Assembly: GCA_964016885.1 (NCBI GenBank)
Contig: OZ024757.1
Coordinates: 19,344,001-19,408,000 of the forward strand
Direction of reading: 5' to 3'
Length of the DNA stretch: 64,000 nt
Source of the DNA: Eledone cirrhosa
Taxonomy: Eukaryota
Both the position numbers and the translations under genes were made by a program. Below the pieces are notes generated by a model. That model searched no databases, had not been told where the DNA came from, and saw only the letters and a list, made by a program, of their open reading frames with translations. Below are positions 1 through 12,866 of this stretch, one piece after another. The number at the start of each line of letters is the position of its first letter. Within the stretch, counting starts at the first letter, position 1.

Positions 1-1414
1 AGTTGTTTTAGTTGCTGTCTTTCCTTGATATTTTTTCTTATAAAATATATTATGCTTTTTTTTTTATCTTTTTTTTTTTTTTTTTTTTTTTTTTAGTTAA
101 AAAAAAAATGGATATTAGAAAAACACTTTAACCATTTCCTGACCATATACACATTAATTTGGTTAATTAATGAAGAATTTTGAGAAATATTCTTAAAATT
201 ATTAATTTATTACTAAGATAGTAACTTAACATTTAGTTCTTATATAAAATTGATGGAAAATTTTATTTTAAAGAGGAATTCTTTTGCCTTTTCTTGACCA
301 TTTTTTCTAGAAACTTAAATTCTGATTCAATTAAATAACGAAGAATTTTAAGAGATTTCCTAAAACTGTTCTTTTATTAAAATAGTATCTTCTTTTATAA
401 AGTTGCATTTGAAAATTTAATTTTAAATAGGAATCTTTTGAGAGGTATATGATTCTAATGAAATGATTCTAATGAAATAAGATCTATTTTAATTAATTAA
501 TGAAGGATTTACTAAAATTGATAATTATTTTATGGTTAGGGTTAGGTATATGATTGTATTTCTAATTAAATAAGCTCTGTTTTGATTAATTAATGAAGAA
601 TTTTGAAGGATTTACTAAAATTAATAACTACTTTATTATAAGATCATATTGGAAGATTCTAATTTAAATAGTTCTTTAAAATGGTTAGTTTTGTTTCATA
701 AGACCAGAGCTGGTTTTGAGTTGGTATCAAAAGGGTTAAGTTCATCTTTTTTTATTTTTTTTTTGTTTGTTATATATCTGGTCACTCAGCAACATTTTAT
801 TGTTAATAATAATGATTTTTTCGGGAAGGGGAAAGTCGATTAAATTGACCCCAGTGTATTACTGGTGCTTTATTTTATCAACCGTGTAAAGATGAAAGGC
901 AAAGCTAACCTCGGCGGTATTTGAAATCAGATCGTAAGGTGCCGTAACTCTATGTCACAAAGTATATTCTCCGACGCTCTACCGATGCCAGCAATAATAA
1001 TAATAATGGTTTCTGATTTAGGCACAAGGCTAGCAATTTTAGGAGAAGGGAGAAAGTCGATTAAATCGATCCCAATATGTTACTGGTACTTTATTTTATC
1101 GACCCCGTAAGGATAAAAGGCAAAGCTAACCAACCTCAGCAAGATTTGAACCGTAAAGGGCCGTAACTCTATGCTGTAAAGCAATTTGTCTGATACTCTA
1201 CCAAATAATAATAATAATAATAATAATAATGTTTCTACTTTTGGCACAAAGCCAGCAATTACCCCTAGTGCATTACTGGTACTTTATTTTATCGACCCAG
1301 TAAGGATTAAAAGGCAAAGCTAGCTAACCTCAGCAGGATTTTAACTCAGATTGTAAAGGGCCGTAACTCATGCCATAAAGCAATTTGTCTGATACTCTAC
1401 TGATACTACCAATG

Positions 1415-1448
<34 letters not shown>

Positions 1449-1666
1449 TAACAACAATAATGAAACTCTTCTCGAAATATTTTTCTTTGTATATTTAGAG
1501 ATTTTTTTTTTAGCCTGAATATTACATATTGTGGCTGTATCGAACACTGACAAATGGCTGTGTATGTTATCGCTTTCGTGATGCTTGTAGATGTTGTTGT
1601 TGTTGTTGTTATGTAATAGTTTAGGTGTTATCATTATTGTCTTGTGCATTTCATTTAATATTATCG

Positions 1667-1710
<44 letters not shown>

Positions 1711-1748
1711 GTCGTTGTTATTATTTGCTCATTTCAATTCATGAAGAA

Positions 1749-1853
<105 letters not shown>

Positions 1854-2239
1854 CATCTATATATACATGTATATGTATGTATATATAAGTACATCTATAT
1901 ATAAATATATATATACATATATACACATATATATATATATATATATATATATGCAGAATATATCCTTCATCCATTCCTCTTCATTGCTGCTGTCATTGTT
2001 GTTGACTGCTTTGATATGGGCCACCCATTTAAAGGGAGACAAATGTTATGTTATCAAGTATTTCACTATAGTAAGGTGGTTATACAGAGATGATGGTTAG
2101 GCCGAGTCTTTACTTTCACCCATTTTTTGTATTTTGCTAATTATGTATCCTGAAAAGATATTTCATATAATATATATATATATAAGTATGCATGTATATG
2201 TATGTATGTGTGTATATGTATGTATATATATATGTATGA

Positions 2240-2297
<58 letters not shown>

Positions 2298-2449
2298 ATA
2301 TACATATATATATATGTATATATATGTACATATATATATATATACGTATATATATATATATACGTATATATATATGTACGTATATACATATGTACGTATA
2401 TACATATGTACATATATACATATATATATATATATGTACATATATACAC

Positions 2450-2505
<56 letters not shown>

Positions 2506-2630
2506 CCTTGAAAAGGCTTGCTGAATCTGCTAGGCATCATAGTAGGGTTTTTACCTTTATATATATAACTATATATAGAGAGATATATGAAATAGACTAC
2601 TATGTAGATACTTTATACTATATATATATA

Positions 2631-3375
2631 CAGGGTGTGGACGATATTTGTTCGCAAGATTACTGTCTAGGAAAAAATAACACAGTAGTTTTATTTTTTA
2701 AGATTTATTTATCAAACTTGGGTCAGTTTGTCTTGATGACTTGTTCTTTCGATCTCACTCGATAAACCCGCCATTGGCTTTGATGACGGCCTCGGAACTG
2801 GCTACAGGCCTTCGTCACTGTCCCTCGACTTAGGCCCCTAAAGGCACTTGTGATCCTGGCCTTCAGATCGTCTTTCGTATTGCAGCTAGATCTGTTGGTG
2901 TCTCGTTCCACTGCGCCCCACACAAAGAAGTTGAGGGGGTTGCAGTCAGGCGAGCTGGGAGGCCAGATGTCAGGTGAAGTGTGGTCGATGAAGTTCTCTG
3001 ACAGCCAAGTTTGGGTCTTTCGGCTGGTATGGCAGGGCACTGAGTCTTGCTGCCACACGTACGGCCTACCTGCAGCTACCTGGTCGATCCAGGGCTTTAC
3101 TACCTCCCTCAGAATGCGGATGTAGCCATCGGTGTTCAGCTTGAGGCCCTCAGGGAAGAAGTGAGGTGGCATGATGTCACCTTGGCTGCTGACGACACCT
3201 AAGACCAATGTTGTCGCTGGAAACTTTGTCTGCATGGCTCTGGGCACGTCTTTGGATGAGACACCATTCTCCTGCTGACGCTGAGAAAGTCTGGAATTTC
3301 CTTATTTGCCCTCCCAGCGCGGATTCCAAGAAGAACTCCGTGTCTCTTCCACAAATTTGGAGGTTCAAAATTATT
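2631..3375 (-). mobile_element. Internally deleted Tc1/mariner DD37D (maT-type) transposon remnant
   Basis: TA|CAGGGTG terminus at 2631. ORF 2723-3247 contains WQQD...WPPSSPDCNPLN, with 37 residues between the second D and the third catalytic position (now N). An N-terminal HTH-like piece (WKRHGVLLGIRAGRANKEIPDFLSVSRRMV) abuts it directly. Confidence 0.85.
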
Positions 3376-3444
3376 CATAATCAATTATTCTGAAAATAAA
3401 TAATGGAAATATAGTCACTGTTTTTATGAAGACAAGAGTGACAA

Positions 3445-4066
3445 TGTGAGGTAAAGCCTTTACCATGAAAATATAACAGTATATATAGAGTAATGTGAAT
3501 GTTATGTGAGATATTATGTGAAGTAAAGCCTTTACCATGAAAATATAATAGTATATATAGAGTAATGTGAATGTTATGTGAGGTAAAGCTTTTACCATGA
3601 AAATATAATAGTATATATAGAGTAATGTGAATGTTATGTGAGATATTATGTGAAGTAAAGCTTTTACCATGAAAATATAATAGTATATATAGAGTAATGT
3701 GAATGTTATGTGAGGTATTATTTGAGGTAAAGCCTTTACCATGAAAATATAATAGTATATATAGAGTAATGTGAATGTTATGTGAGGTAAAGCCTTTACC
3801 ATGAAAATATAATAGTATATATAGAGTAATGTGAATGTTATGTGAGATATTATGTGAGGTAAAGCTTTTACCATGAAAATATCATAGTATATATAGAGTA
3901 ATGTAAATGGTATGTGAGATATTATGTGAGGTAAAGCCTTTACCATGAAAATATCATAGTATATATAGAGTAATGTGAATTTTATGTGAGATATTATGTG
4001 AGGTAAAGCTTTTACCATGAAAATATAATAGTATATACAGAGTAATGTAAATGCTAAAGGGTTAAA
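3445..4066. repeat. Tandem array (9 units of 72 or 60 bp) from the subterminal part of a TTAA/piggyBac-type MITE
   Basis: The unit gtgaggtaaagcctttaccatgaaaatataatagtatatatagagtaatgtgaat... matches the MITEs at 13408-14132. The array ends in the MITE terminus atgctaaagggTTAA. Confidence 0.85.
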
Positions 4067-4388
4067 CTGCAGCAAAAGGCAGCTGATGATTCTTCAACAG
4101 ATCAATAGAAAGATTTCTCTACACCTTGTATAGGACTAGAATCTTGAAGAGCTATATAAACATTGTAGACTTTTATCAAGTAACATCTGTTTAGCACAGC
4201 ACAATTCTCTGTTGGTTTAACCTTTAGCTTTAAACCTCAGTCTGCACATTTAATCTACATGATATTTCATCACATATACAAACACATATATGTATATAGA
4301 GAGTTAGATATAGATGTGTATATGTATATGTGTGTGTGTGTATATGTGTGTGTGTATATATATGTGTACATGTATATATATATATATC

Positions 4389-4421
<33 letters not shown>

Positions 4422-4877
4422 GTGTGTTTATGTATATATTTATATATATATGTTTATGTGTATATATTTGTATATGTTCAAATATGATTATGTATATATG
4501 TGTTCATATAAATGTATGTATATGTTTATGTATATGTGTGTGTGTGTGTGTGTAAAAGGTAAACAGAAATAACAAAGCAAATGACACAGTACATTGAAGA
4601 AATATATTAGTTTAAATGCTTGAAATAACAGGAAAAGTGTCTTGACATTTTGGACACTAATCCTTCATCAGAGAAATTAATTATAAAATAAAAAGAAAAA
4701 GTGTGAGAAGAGGAAGGAACAGAAAAAAAAATGAGAAAAATAACTATTCAGTCTATAAATGACCCGGGGGGCGGGGGGGGGTAGACTAGGGCTATAACAC
4801 CCCACTTGCCGATTTTGTAATGGGTAGCCCCTGCTTGCCAAGGGAGACGTAAGATCTTTTTATTCTTTTATCGCTTC

Positions 4878-4938
<61 letters not shown>

Positions 4939-5179
4939 CGTTTTAGGTAATTTGAAAGAAAAAGCAAAGGAAAAAAGAGTGCTCTATGTATAGAACAGTT
5001 CTTCTTTGAAATTACCTCCTAACACATAAACACCTCCTAACGGGAATGATCGATGCAAATTCTGCATATCTATGTGACTGGCATCTTCCAGCCTGACAAG
5101 TTGAGCACTCTACAGTAATAAGGAAATTAACCAACACTAACTATGGATTTATATAACTAATTAAATATATATATGTGGC

Positions 5180-5476
5180 TAAAGTCTAAAGTCTGTCTTA
5201 AGCCAGAAGGTTCATTTGGCCGGTGCTTATCCCGGTTTCATGGCGTGAAGCGACTGAGAGTACAAGACTTCCCCCTGGACAGGGCGCCAGTCCATCACAG
5301 AGTTAACCCTCCAGCTATTGTTGGTACTCATTTTCAGCTGAGTTAATGAGTTAACTAGAGTAACGTGAAATAAAGTGTCTTGCTCAAGGAAACAACACAT
5401 CACCCGGTCCAAGAATTGAACTCACAACCTTTCGATTGCAAGCCTAGTGCTCTCACCACTAAGCCATGTGGCTTCA
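5180..5476 (-). mobile_element. CORE-SINE with an alternative 3' body (gatggactggcgccctgtccagg...) and a (gacttta)n tail
   Basis: Head and CORE match the main family; the 3' half differs and matches the 121-bp array unit. Confidence 0.75.
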
Positions 5477-5630
5477 TTAAATAAATATATATATATATAT
5501 ATATGGAAAGTTATATTTAAATTGTTGGGTTACAACGAGTAAATATTTATAACTGATATAAAAGCACTCGACAAGTATTTGGAGTATATTTACAATATTA
5601 AATAAATGGAAACTATATTTATAAAACCAT

Positions 5631-5699
5631 ATTTATTTCATTATATATATTTCAGGGATAACATATTAACAATATGCTATGCCTTCCTCAGACAAAATA
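5631..5699 (-). ncRNA. Degenerate type I hammerhead motif inside a fold-back element
   Basis: tattttgt-CTGAGGA-aggcatagcatatt gtt aatatgttatccct-GAAA-tatata-TA-atgaaata. Confidence 0.5.
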
Positions 5700-5893
5700 C
5701 AATATAAACAGTTTTATAGATAAATAGATTCGACATACCGTAACAACATCGACTTGTATTTGAAAAGGTTGAATTGGCAGTTCAACCTTTTCAAATACAA
5801 GTCGATGTTGTTACGGTATGTCGAATCTATTTATCTATAAAACTGTGAATGAAATAAATATGGTTTTATAAATATAGTTTCCATTTATTTAAT

Positions 5894-5930
<37 letters not shown>

Positions 5931-6368
5931 AACAGATTAAAGTTTATCCTTATCGAGTCCTCTTTGGATTTTGCTCTTCATATTCATTACTATTAATATA
6001 TTTATTTATTTATATATATATGAACATGTGTTTAGAAATAATGAGTGGAATGTTCTTGATTATAAAGAAATAGTCTAAATAATAGGGCATATAAGAACCC
6101 TTCTTCTTTTTCTTTTCTTTACCCACTTATTCCTGAGAGGGTCATGGGGGCAGAGTCCATCTGGTCCTGTCAGAATACATGTATATATATACTATGTGTT
6201 TGTATATATATATATATATACTATGTGTTTATATATATACTATGTATATATTTATATATATTAGAAATTAGAAATTATAAGCTTTCACCGTATTTTAGAC
6301 TAAAGACATTTCTAGCCTGATAGTGGGGTTTATAATAACCCTCGGAGAAATGGAAAAAGATGAGTGTT

Positions 6369-6438
6369 GCTGTACATGGGAGTCGAACCCAGATCTTTGG
6401 TTATCCAGACCACTGTGCTACCATTACACCAATACACA
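6369..6438 (-). pseudogene. tRNA-like sequence (pseudo-tRNA or SINE head)
   Basis: TGGTGTAATGG A box, GGTTCGACTCC B box, anticodon-like arm tggt-ctggata-acca; acceptor stem imperfect. Confidence 0.55.
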
Positions 6439-6571
6439 TCCCATCTCCTTCCATTCGAATTAGAAGCTATGAACTTAGCAAGTGAATGATAAACAAGCAA
6501 ATTATAAACGTAAACATGTAAGTATGTTTTTGAAACGGTGCGCGAGTTTGAAATTAGAAATTATAAGAAAT

Positions 6572-6607
<36 letters not shown>

Positions 6608-7210
6608 TGTGTGTGTGCATATGTGCATTACTGGTACTTTACTAATAATGGTTTCTTATATAGGCAGAAGGCCAGCAATTTTGGGGGAGGGGAAAGTCGA
6701 TTAAATCAACCCCAGTACATTACTGGTACTTTATTTTATCGACCCCGTAAGGTTGAAAGGCAAAGTTAACCTCGGCGGGATTTGAACTCAGAACGTAAAG
6801 GACCGTAACTCTATGTTTATATATATGTGTGTGTATGTATGTATATATGCATACACCATACTGTTTATATATATCAAATCGACCCAAGTGCGTTACTGGT
6901 ACTTTACTAATAATAATAACGATAATAAGTGTTTCTACTTTTGGCACAAGGTCAGCAATTTGAAGGGAAGGGGAGGGAAAAGTCGATTAAATTGGCCCCA
7001 GTGTATCACTGTTACTTTTTTATCAACCCCGATAAGGATGACAGGTAAAGCTAACTAACCTCAATGGGATTTTAACTGAGATTGTAAAAAGCCATAGCTC
7101 TATGCCACAAAGCATGTTTTCCAATGCTCTACCGATTCTTCTGTCATTCCACAGTTTTATATAAATTAACCATCATTAATTCTTCATTTGTAGAAGGTAT
7201 TTGTAGATTT

Positions 7211-7657
7211 TTAACCCCCTTCAATGTCGTAGACGAGATATCTCGTCTTAACATGTCTGAACTCGCTTCCAACATTCATAACTTCGAAGTTATGAGACCG
7301 TTTCCAACAGTTCATAACTTGAAGGTTATGAACTTGTTACCAACAGTTCATAACTTCAAAGTTATGAACTCATTTCCAACAGTTCGTAATTTCAAAGTTA
7401 TGAACCCTGTTTTCAACAGTTCATAACTTCAAAGTTATGAACCCGTTTCCAACAGTTCATAACTTCAAAGTTATGAACCCGTTTCCAACAGTTCATAACT
7501 TCAAATCTAGATGGGGTTACTAGTTTATTGATGTGATGTTTGTCAATCATTCAGATATATGTTGTTAATAAATGTTTGTTTAAAAAGATAGTCATTTTAA
7601 TGGGGGAAAAAATCCTGGCACAGCTGTGTAAAATATACACAGCAGTCAACAGGTTAA
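7211..7657. mobile_element. piggyBac-like non-autonomous element with an internal 36-bp palindromic tandem array (7267-7505)
   Basis: Begins ttaacccctt...gacgagatatctcgtc and ends aacaggttaa; about 6.5 copies of aacagttcataacttcaaagttatgaacccgtttcc. Confidence 0.55.
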
Positions 7658-7954
7658 GCAGTATAGTATACAGGGGGAATTGGTTGTATTCTGTTCTTCA
7701 TGTAGCAACAAAATGAGAGTTTATAAGAATGCAGGAGGTTGAACAAAAGAGTTTAGTAAACTACTGTTACGGTTAGCCACTGGTGATGTACCTCCTTAAC
7801 TGATGTCTTCCCTACCTCTTCCCACTCAGATACCTCTTGCCCCTAAATCCATCCATTCTGCCACCTCCCCCACTCCTCTATGGCCTCCTCAATACCCTAT
7901 GGCCTCCTTCAATTCTCTACGATCACTCCCATTACAATACAGCCTCCTCACTAC

Positions 7955-8686
7955 ACTACATCTTGCTATATGGAAGTGAAACAAGGATGCTTTCATCCAA
8001 ACAACAAAAGCGCCTTGATGGCACCTACACTCACCTGCTTCAGCGCATTCAGAACATAAGCTGGTGACATCTGACTTTGAGAGAGATATATGCCGGCCTC
8101 CCACGCATATCTGTCGTTGTACGTAAAAGGAGAGTAAGATTTGCTGGCCACTGCCATCGTGCCACCTATGAGGCTGTGTCCCCATTTGTGCTTTGGAAAC
8201 CACAAGCAGTCATTAATAACAGGGGGCACAAGCTCTCCTATCCCGATTTGCTGGCCATTGCCATCATGCCACCTATGAGGCTGTCCCCCCATTTGTACTT
8301 TGGAAACCAGAAGCAGTCACTAATAACAGGGGGAACAAGCTCTCCTATCCCGATTTGCTGGCCATTGCCATCATGCCACCTATGAGGCTGTCCCCCCATT
8401 TGTACTTTGGAAACCAGAAGCAGTCACTAATAACAGGGGGAACAAGCTCTCCTATCCCGATTTGCTGGCCATTGCCATCATGCCACCTATGAGGCTGTCC
8501 CCTATTTGTACTTTGGAAACCAGAAGCAGTCACTAATAACAGGGGGAACAAGCGCTCCTGTCCCGATATCATCTCCAGAGATTCTGGTATTGAAATCTAG
8601 GATTTGGCAACAGCAATGAACGACAGACCCACGTGGAGATCAATTATTGAGTCCATTTCGGCTGAGGCCTCCGGATGATGATGACA
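7955..8686 (+). mobile_element. 5'-truncated RTE-clade LINE 3' end with an internal 4 x 107-bp array (8141-8567)
   Basis: ILLYGSET...KRLDGTYTHLLQRIQNISW / REIYAGLPRISVVVRKRRVRFAGHCHR... then DLATAMNDRPTWRSII, followed by a (tga)n tail. Confidence 0.8.
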
Positions 8687-8921
8687 CTACATCCTCCCCC
8701 ACTACACTGTATCCTCCCTCACTACTTTCCTGCCTCCCCACTACATTACATCCTCCCCATTACTCTACATCTTCCACATCATTTACTGACAAGTTTTTCT
8801 TTCTTCGTTTTTTTCTTTCTATCTCTCTCTCTCTCACACACTCTCTCTCTCTTTCTTCTCTTTTTTGTTTGTTTTTTTTTTTTTTTTTTTTTTTACCAAT
8901 TTTTTTTATTCCTCCATCAAG

Positions 8922-8998
8922 CTCCGACACTTGTGAGACACTTGTGGGTAATGTACCTGTTGTTACTGAGTGGAAGACTAAATGAAGACTGCCCTCTG
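8922..8998 (+). CDS. Candidate alternative (stop-containing) exon of the RasGAP gene
   Basis: Long polypyrimidine tract, then aAG (8920-21). Phase-2 reading gives SDTCETLVGNVPVVTEWKTK* (TGA 8983-85). Donor ctg|GTGAGA at 8999. No homology support. Confidence 0.3.
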
Positions 8999-9007
8999 GT
9001 GAGATAC

Positions 9008-9058
<51 letters not shown>

Positions 9059-9453
9059 AATCAACAAATGCATTCATTTGTTATTTGTTTGAAGGCATTT
9101 TTTTTTTTCGTTTTTTTTTTTGGTTTCGTTTTCATTTCCAAAACCCGCGCCTCTTTTTTTCTTTTTGTTTTCTTTCTTTCTTTCCGGAACCCCCCAACGT
9201 CACTCTCTACACTACTATCACCAAATGCCCACCCACCCATCCCTAACCCACCCAACCAACCCATTCCCTGGACCTTTATCAACCCACATCTATTTATTTT
9301 TTTTTATTTTTTGTTCCATAAAATATTTTTTCTTCTTTTTTTTATTTTTTTTTTATTTTCATCTCTTTTCCTCTCTTTTCTCATCCTCTTCAGTTTTTGC
9401 AGTTTGTTGCATGTTTCTTTCTCTCTCTTTCTCTCACTCACACTTTTTTCCTT

Positions 9454-9527
<74 letters not shown>

Positions 9528-9736
9528 TTGCTTTCTTTCCCCCTTTTCGCTATAGGATTTCTGCAACAAAATCTTTAACTAACTAATCCCTCCATATATA
9601 TATATCTCCTCTCCCCCCTTTCTCTCTCACTCACTCTCTCTCTCTCCTTCTCCCTCTCCCTATACATATATATATATATATATATCGACCTATCTATATA
9701 TATATATGTATGATGTATTTTTGCTATTTTGTTCAG

Positions 9737-9789
9737 TAGTCTTCAGCGCTTTACAAAAGTCTTCCAGCATTTTCTGCAGACCTGTTCTC

Positions 9790-9826
<37 letters not shown>

Positions 9827-9877
9827 TAATAATAACCACACCAAGGCTGTGTTTTGCATGATTCTAACGCAACAGGG
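9737..9877 (+). CDS. Candidate in-frame 141-nt cassette exon of the RasGAP gene
   Basis: tttttgctattttgttcAG acceptor and gg|GTGAGC donor at 9878; phase 2/2; open frame SLQRFTKVFQHFLQTCSH-N15-HTKAVFCMILTQQ(G). No homology support. Confidence 0.33.
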
Positions 9878-9956
9878 GTGAGCATGGAGTGTATGCTTGT
9901 TTAACTCCTCCTCTGTTTTGTCGAGGAAAGAGAAGAAAAAAAATGCTGCATGTTTT

Positions 9957-9970
9957 GTTGCTATAGTAAC
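9957..9970. promoter_or_regulatory. RFX X-box-like motif
   Basis: GTTGCT-AT-AGTAAC fits GTNRCY-AT-RGYAAC; motif match only. Confidence 0.3.
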
Positions 9971-10381
9971 CATGTGTTTTTGTTGTTGCCATTAGTTAGT
10001 TTTTTGTTATGTTTTTTCTTATTAATTTAATTAATTTTTTTTTTTACTTATTATTCTTTTTATTGTTTTTTTACCATTGTTGTTTTGTTTTTTTCATGCT
10101 GTAAATAATATTTACAAGTCGTAAAACACCAACTTCAGATTAACAAGGAAAAAAAACGAAAGAAAAATTTTTTTTTAAATTTGCTTCATGGGATTTGAAC
10201 TCGGCATCTGTTATTTACTGGGGTAATGTGTATTACCCATTGGTCAATTAATTTATATTTTTATTCTCTCACTCTCTCTCTCTACAAATGAATTCCATAA
10301 AAGTTATTTTCTTTTTTTTTCATTTTGGTATTTGAAATTGGTGTTTACAAACATATATTTGCTAATGTTTATATATAAAAA

Positions 10382-10478
<97 letters not shown>

Positions 10479-10565
10479 ATGGAATGAAGGGTATCAACTT
10501 TAATGTACAGAAACCGTTGTAATTTTCAGAGGTTGCCTGAGGACTTTATATATATATATATATAG

Positions 10566-10608
<43 letters not shown>

Positions 10609-10651
10609 TATATATATATATAGACATTTATAATATATATATATATATGTC

Positions 10652-10685
<34 letters not shown>

Positions 10686-10827
10686 ATATGTCTATATACA
10701 ATATATATATATATTATATATATATATATGTCTATATATATATATGTCTATATATATTATATATATATATATATGTCTATATATATTATATATATATTAT
10801 ATATATATATTATATATATATTATATA

Positions 10828-10909
<82 letters not shown>

Positions 10910-11483
10910 TTCTACAGGACGAGAACTGTTTCATTCAAAAGAAAGCATCATTTATACTTCTCACATTTCTAACCTTCAATTATAACAAATCTATATATGC
11001 TTCTCCTTGACACCTAATCTTTCTTCACTAATCCAAACCTTCTAAATATTTAACCTTTAGTACGCTAGAAATGTTTATGAGTTGTCTCCTTTGACACAGT
11101 ATTATGTATTAAGGAGAGATAACTCTATTGGCAACACTGTGCCTAAAGCGTGCTGAAGGTGAAAACATTTTTTTTTTGTTTCATGTATAAATTACTTTGC
11201 TTTCTGCAGCTTATAATAACTTTTGCCTATACATATATACACATATGTATATATGTATATGTATATATATATATATGTGTATATATATGTACATGTATAT
11301 ATATATATGTATATGTATATATTTATATGTATATTTATATGTGTATATATGTATGTGTATATATGTATATATATATATCTATGTGTATATATTTATATAT
11401 ATGTGTGTATACATATGTGTGTATGTATATATTTATATGTATATATGTATATGTGTACATATCTATGTATATGTGTATATAAG

Positions 11484-11530
<47 letters not shown>

Positions 11531-11857
11531 ATATGTATATATATATACATGTATGTATGTATATATATATATCTCATTATCATCATCATCATCATCATCA
11601 CCATTTAAGGTCTTATTTTTCCATGCTTGCATGGGTTATATTAGACAGGTTGTCCAGGTTATGAGACAAGTCTGACCAGCTGGCTACGCCATACCTTGCT
11701 CAAGCAGAACTCTATTTTAGCTGAGGGTGGGAGGTACAGTTGGGATGCCCTTCCTAACACCGACCACGTTTACAGTGGGGGGAGGGACTGAACAGTTGGC
11801 GGCACTGTACCTCGCTCATAGCGGAACCATTATACACATATACAAACACATACATGC

Positions 11858-12391
11858 ATCATCATCATTTCATTTCACGTCCACTTTTCCCTGTTTGCAA
11901 AGGTGGGACGGGAACTGATTCTGGCTTGATTTCTACAGCTGGATGCCCTTCCTAACACCAACCTCATTTACAGTGAGTGCTGGGTGCTTTTTTGCCGTGG
12001 CACCTCCACGACCACTTTACAGTGAGTGCTGGGTGCTTTTTTGCCGTGGCACCTCCACGACCACTTTACAGTGAGTGCTGGGTGCTTTTTTGCCGTGGCA
12101 CCTCCACGACCACTTTACAATGAGTGCTGGGTGCTTCTTTGCCGTGGCACCTCCACGACCACTTTACAGTGAGTGCTGGGTGCTTTTTTGCCGTGGCACC
12201 TCCACGACCACTTTGCAGTGGAATGATAGGGACCCCCAGTCCTTATCATCTCATTTCTACAGCTGAGTAAACTGGAGCACTGTGAAATAAAGTGTCTTGC
12301 TCAAGGAAACAACACATCACCCGGTCTGAGAATTGAACTCACAACCTTTCGATTGCAAGGCCAATGCTCTAACCACTAAGCCATGTGCCTC
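11858..12391 (-). mobile_element. tRNA-derived CORE-SINE with RTE-type tail and an internal 5 x 49-bp array
   Basis: A box tggcttagtgg, B box gagttcaattc, CORE-like ccttgagcaagacactttatttcac...cagctgtagaaatgag, and a tail matching the RTE LINE end. Confidence 0.85.
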
Positions 12392-12583
12392 CATATATAT
12401 TCATTTATTTGGAAGACCTCCAAAATGATTTTGATATAAAAATGTAAGCGCGATAACCCACTCACACACGTACCCATATGCCCATTCCCTTCATCATATC
12501 TTATTATTATTACTGGGGTCGATAAAATAAAGTACCAGTAATGTACTGGGATAATTGCTGGCCTTGTGCCAAACGTAGAAACA

Positions 12584-12616
<33 letters not shown>

Positions 12617-12617
12617 T

Positions 12618-12866
12618 AGGGCGGTGGATTGGCAGTATCGGCAGAGGGTCGGACGCCATGCATTGCAGCATAGAGTTACTGCCCTTTACGAGCTGAGTTC
12701 AAATCCTGCCGAGGTTAACTTTGCCTTTCATCCTTACGGGGGTCGATAAAATAAAGTACCAGTCATGCACTGGGGTCGATTTAATTGACTTTCCCCTCCT
12801 CGAAAAAAATTGCTGGCCTTGTGCCTATATAAGAAACCATTATTATTATTATTATTATTATTATTT
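12618..12866 (+). mobile_element. Second tRNA-derived SINE family (Meta-domain-like), representative copy; more than 15 full or partial copies in the window
   Basis: A box tggcagtatcgg, B box gagttcaaatcc, central gcctttcatccttacggggtcgataaaataaagtaccag, (tta)n tail. Copies at ~825-1410, 6645-7150, 16838-17025, 30870-31030, 33170-33310, 34695-34885, 40840-41280, 43760-44165, 45247-45425 and 50135-50310. Confidence 0.85.

Noticed and set aside
2723-3247. Functional transposase
   Set aside because: Internal deletion, third catalytic D changed to N, and the other TIR was not found.
7267-7505. CRISPR-like or loxP-like repeat (ATAACTTCGAAGTTAT)
   Set aside because: The ~12-bp spacers are near-identical, there are no cas genes, and the loxP similarity covers only the outer 9 bp with no spacer; the context is eukaryotic.
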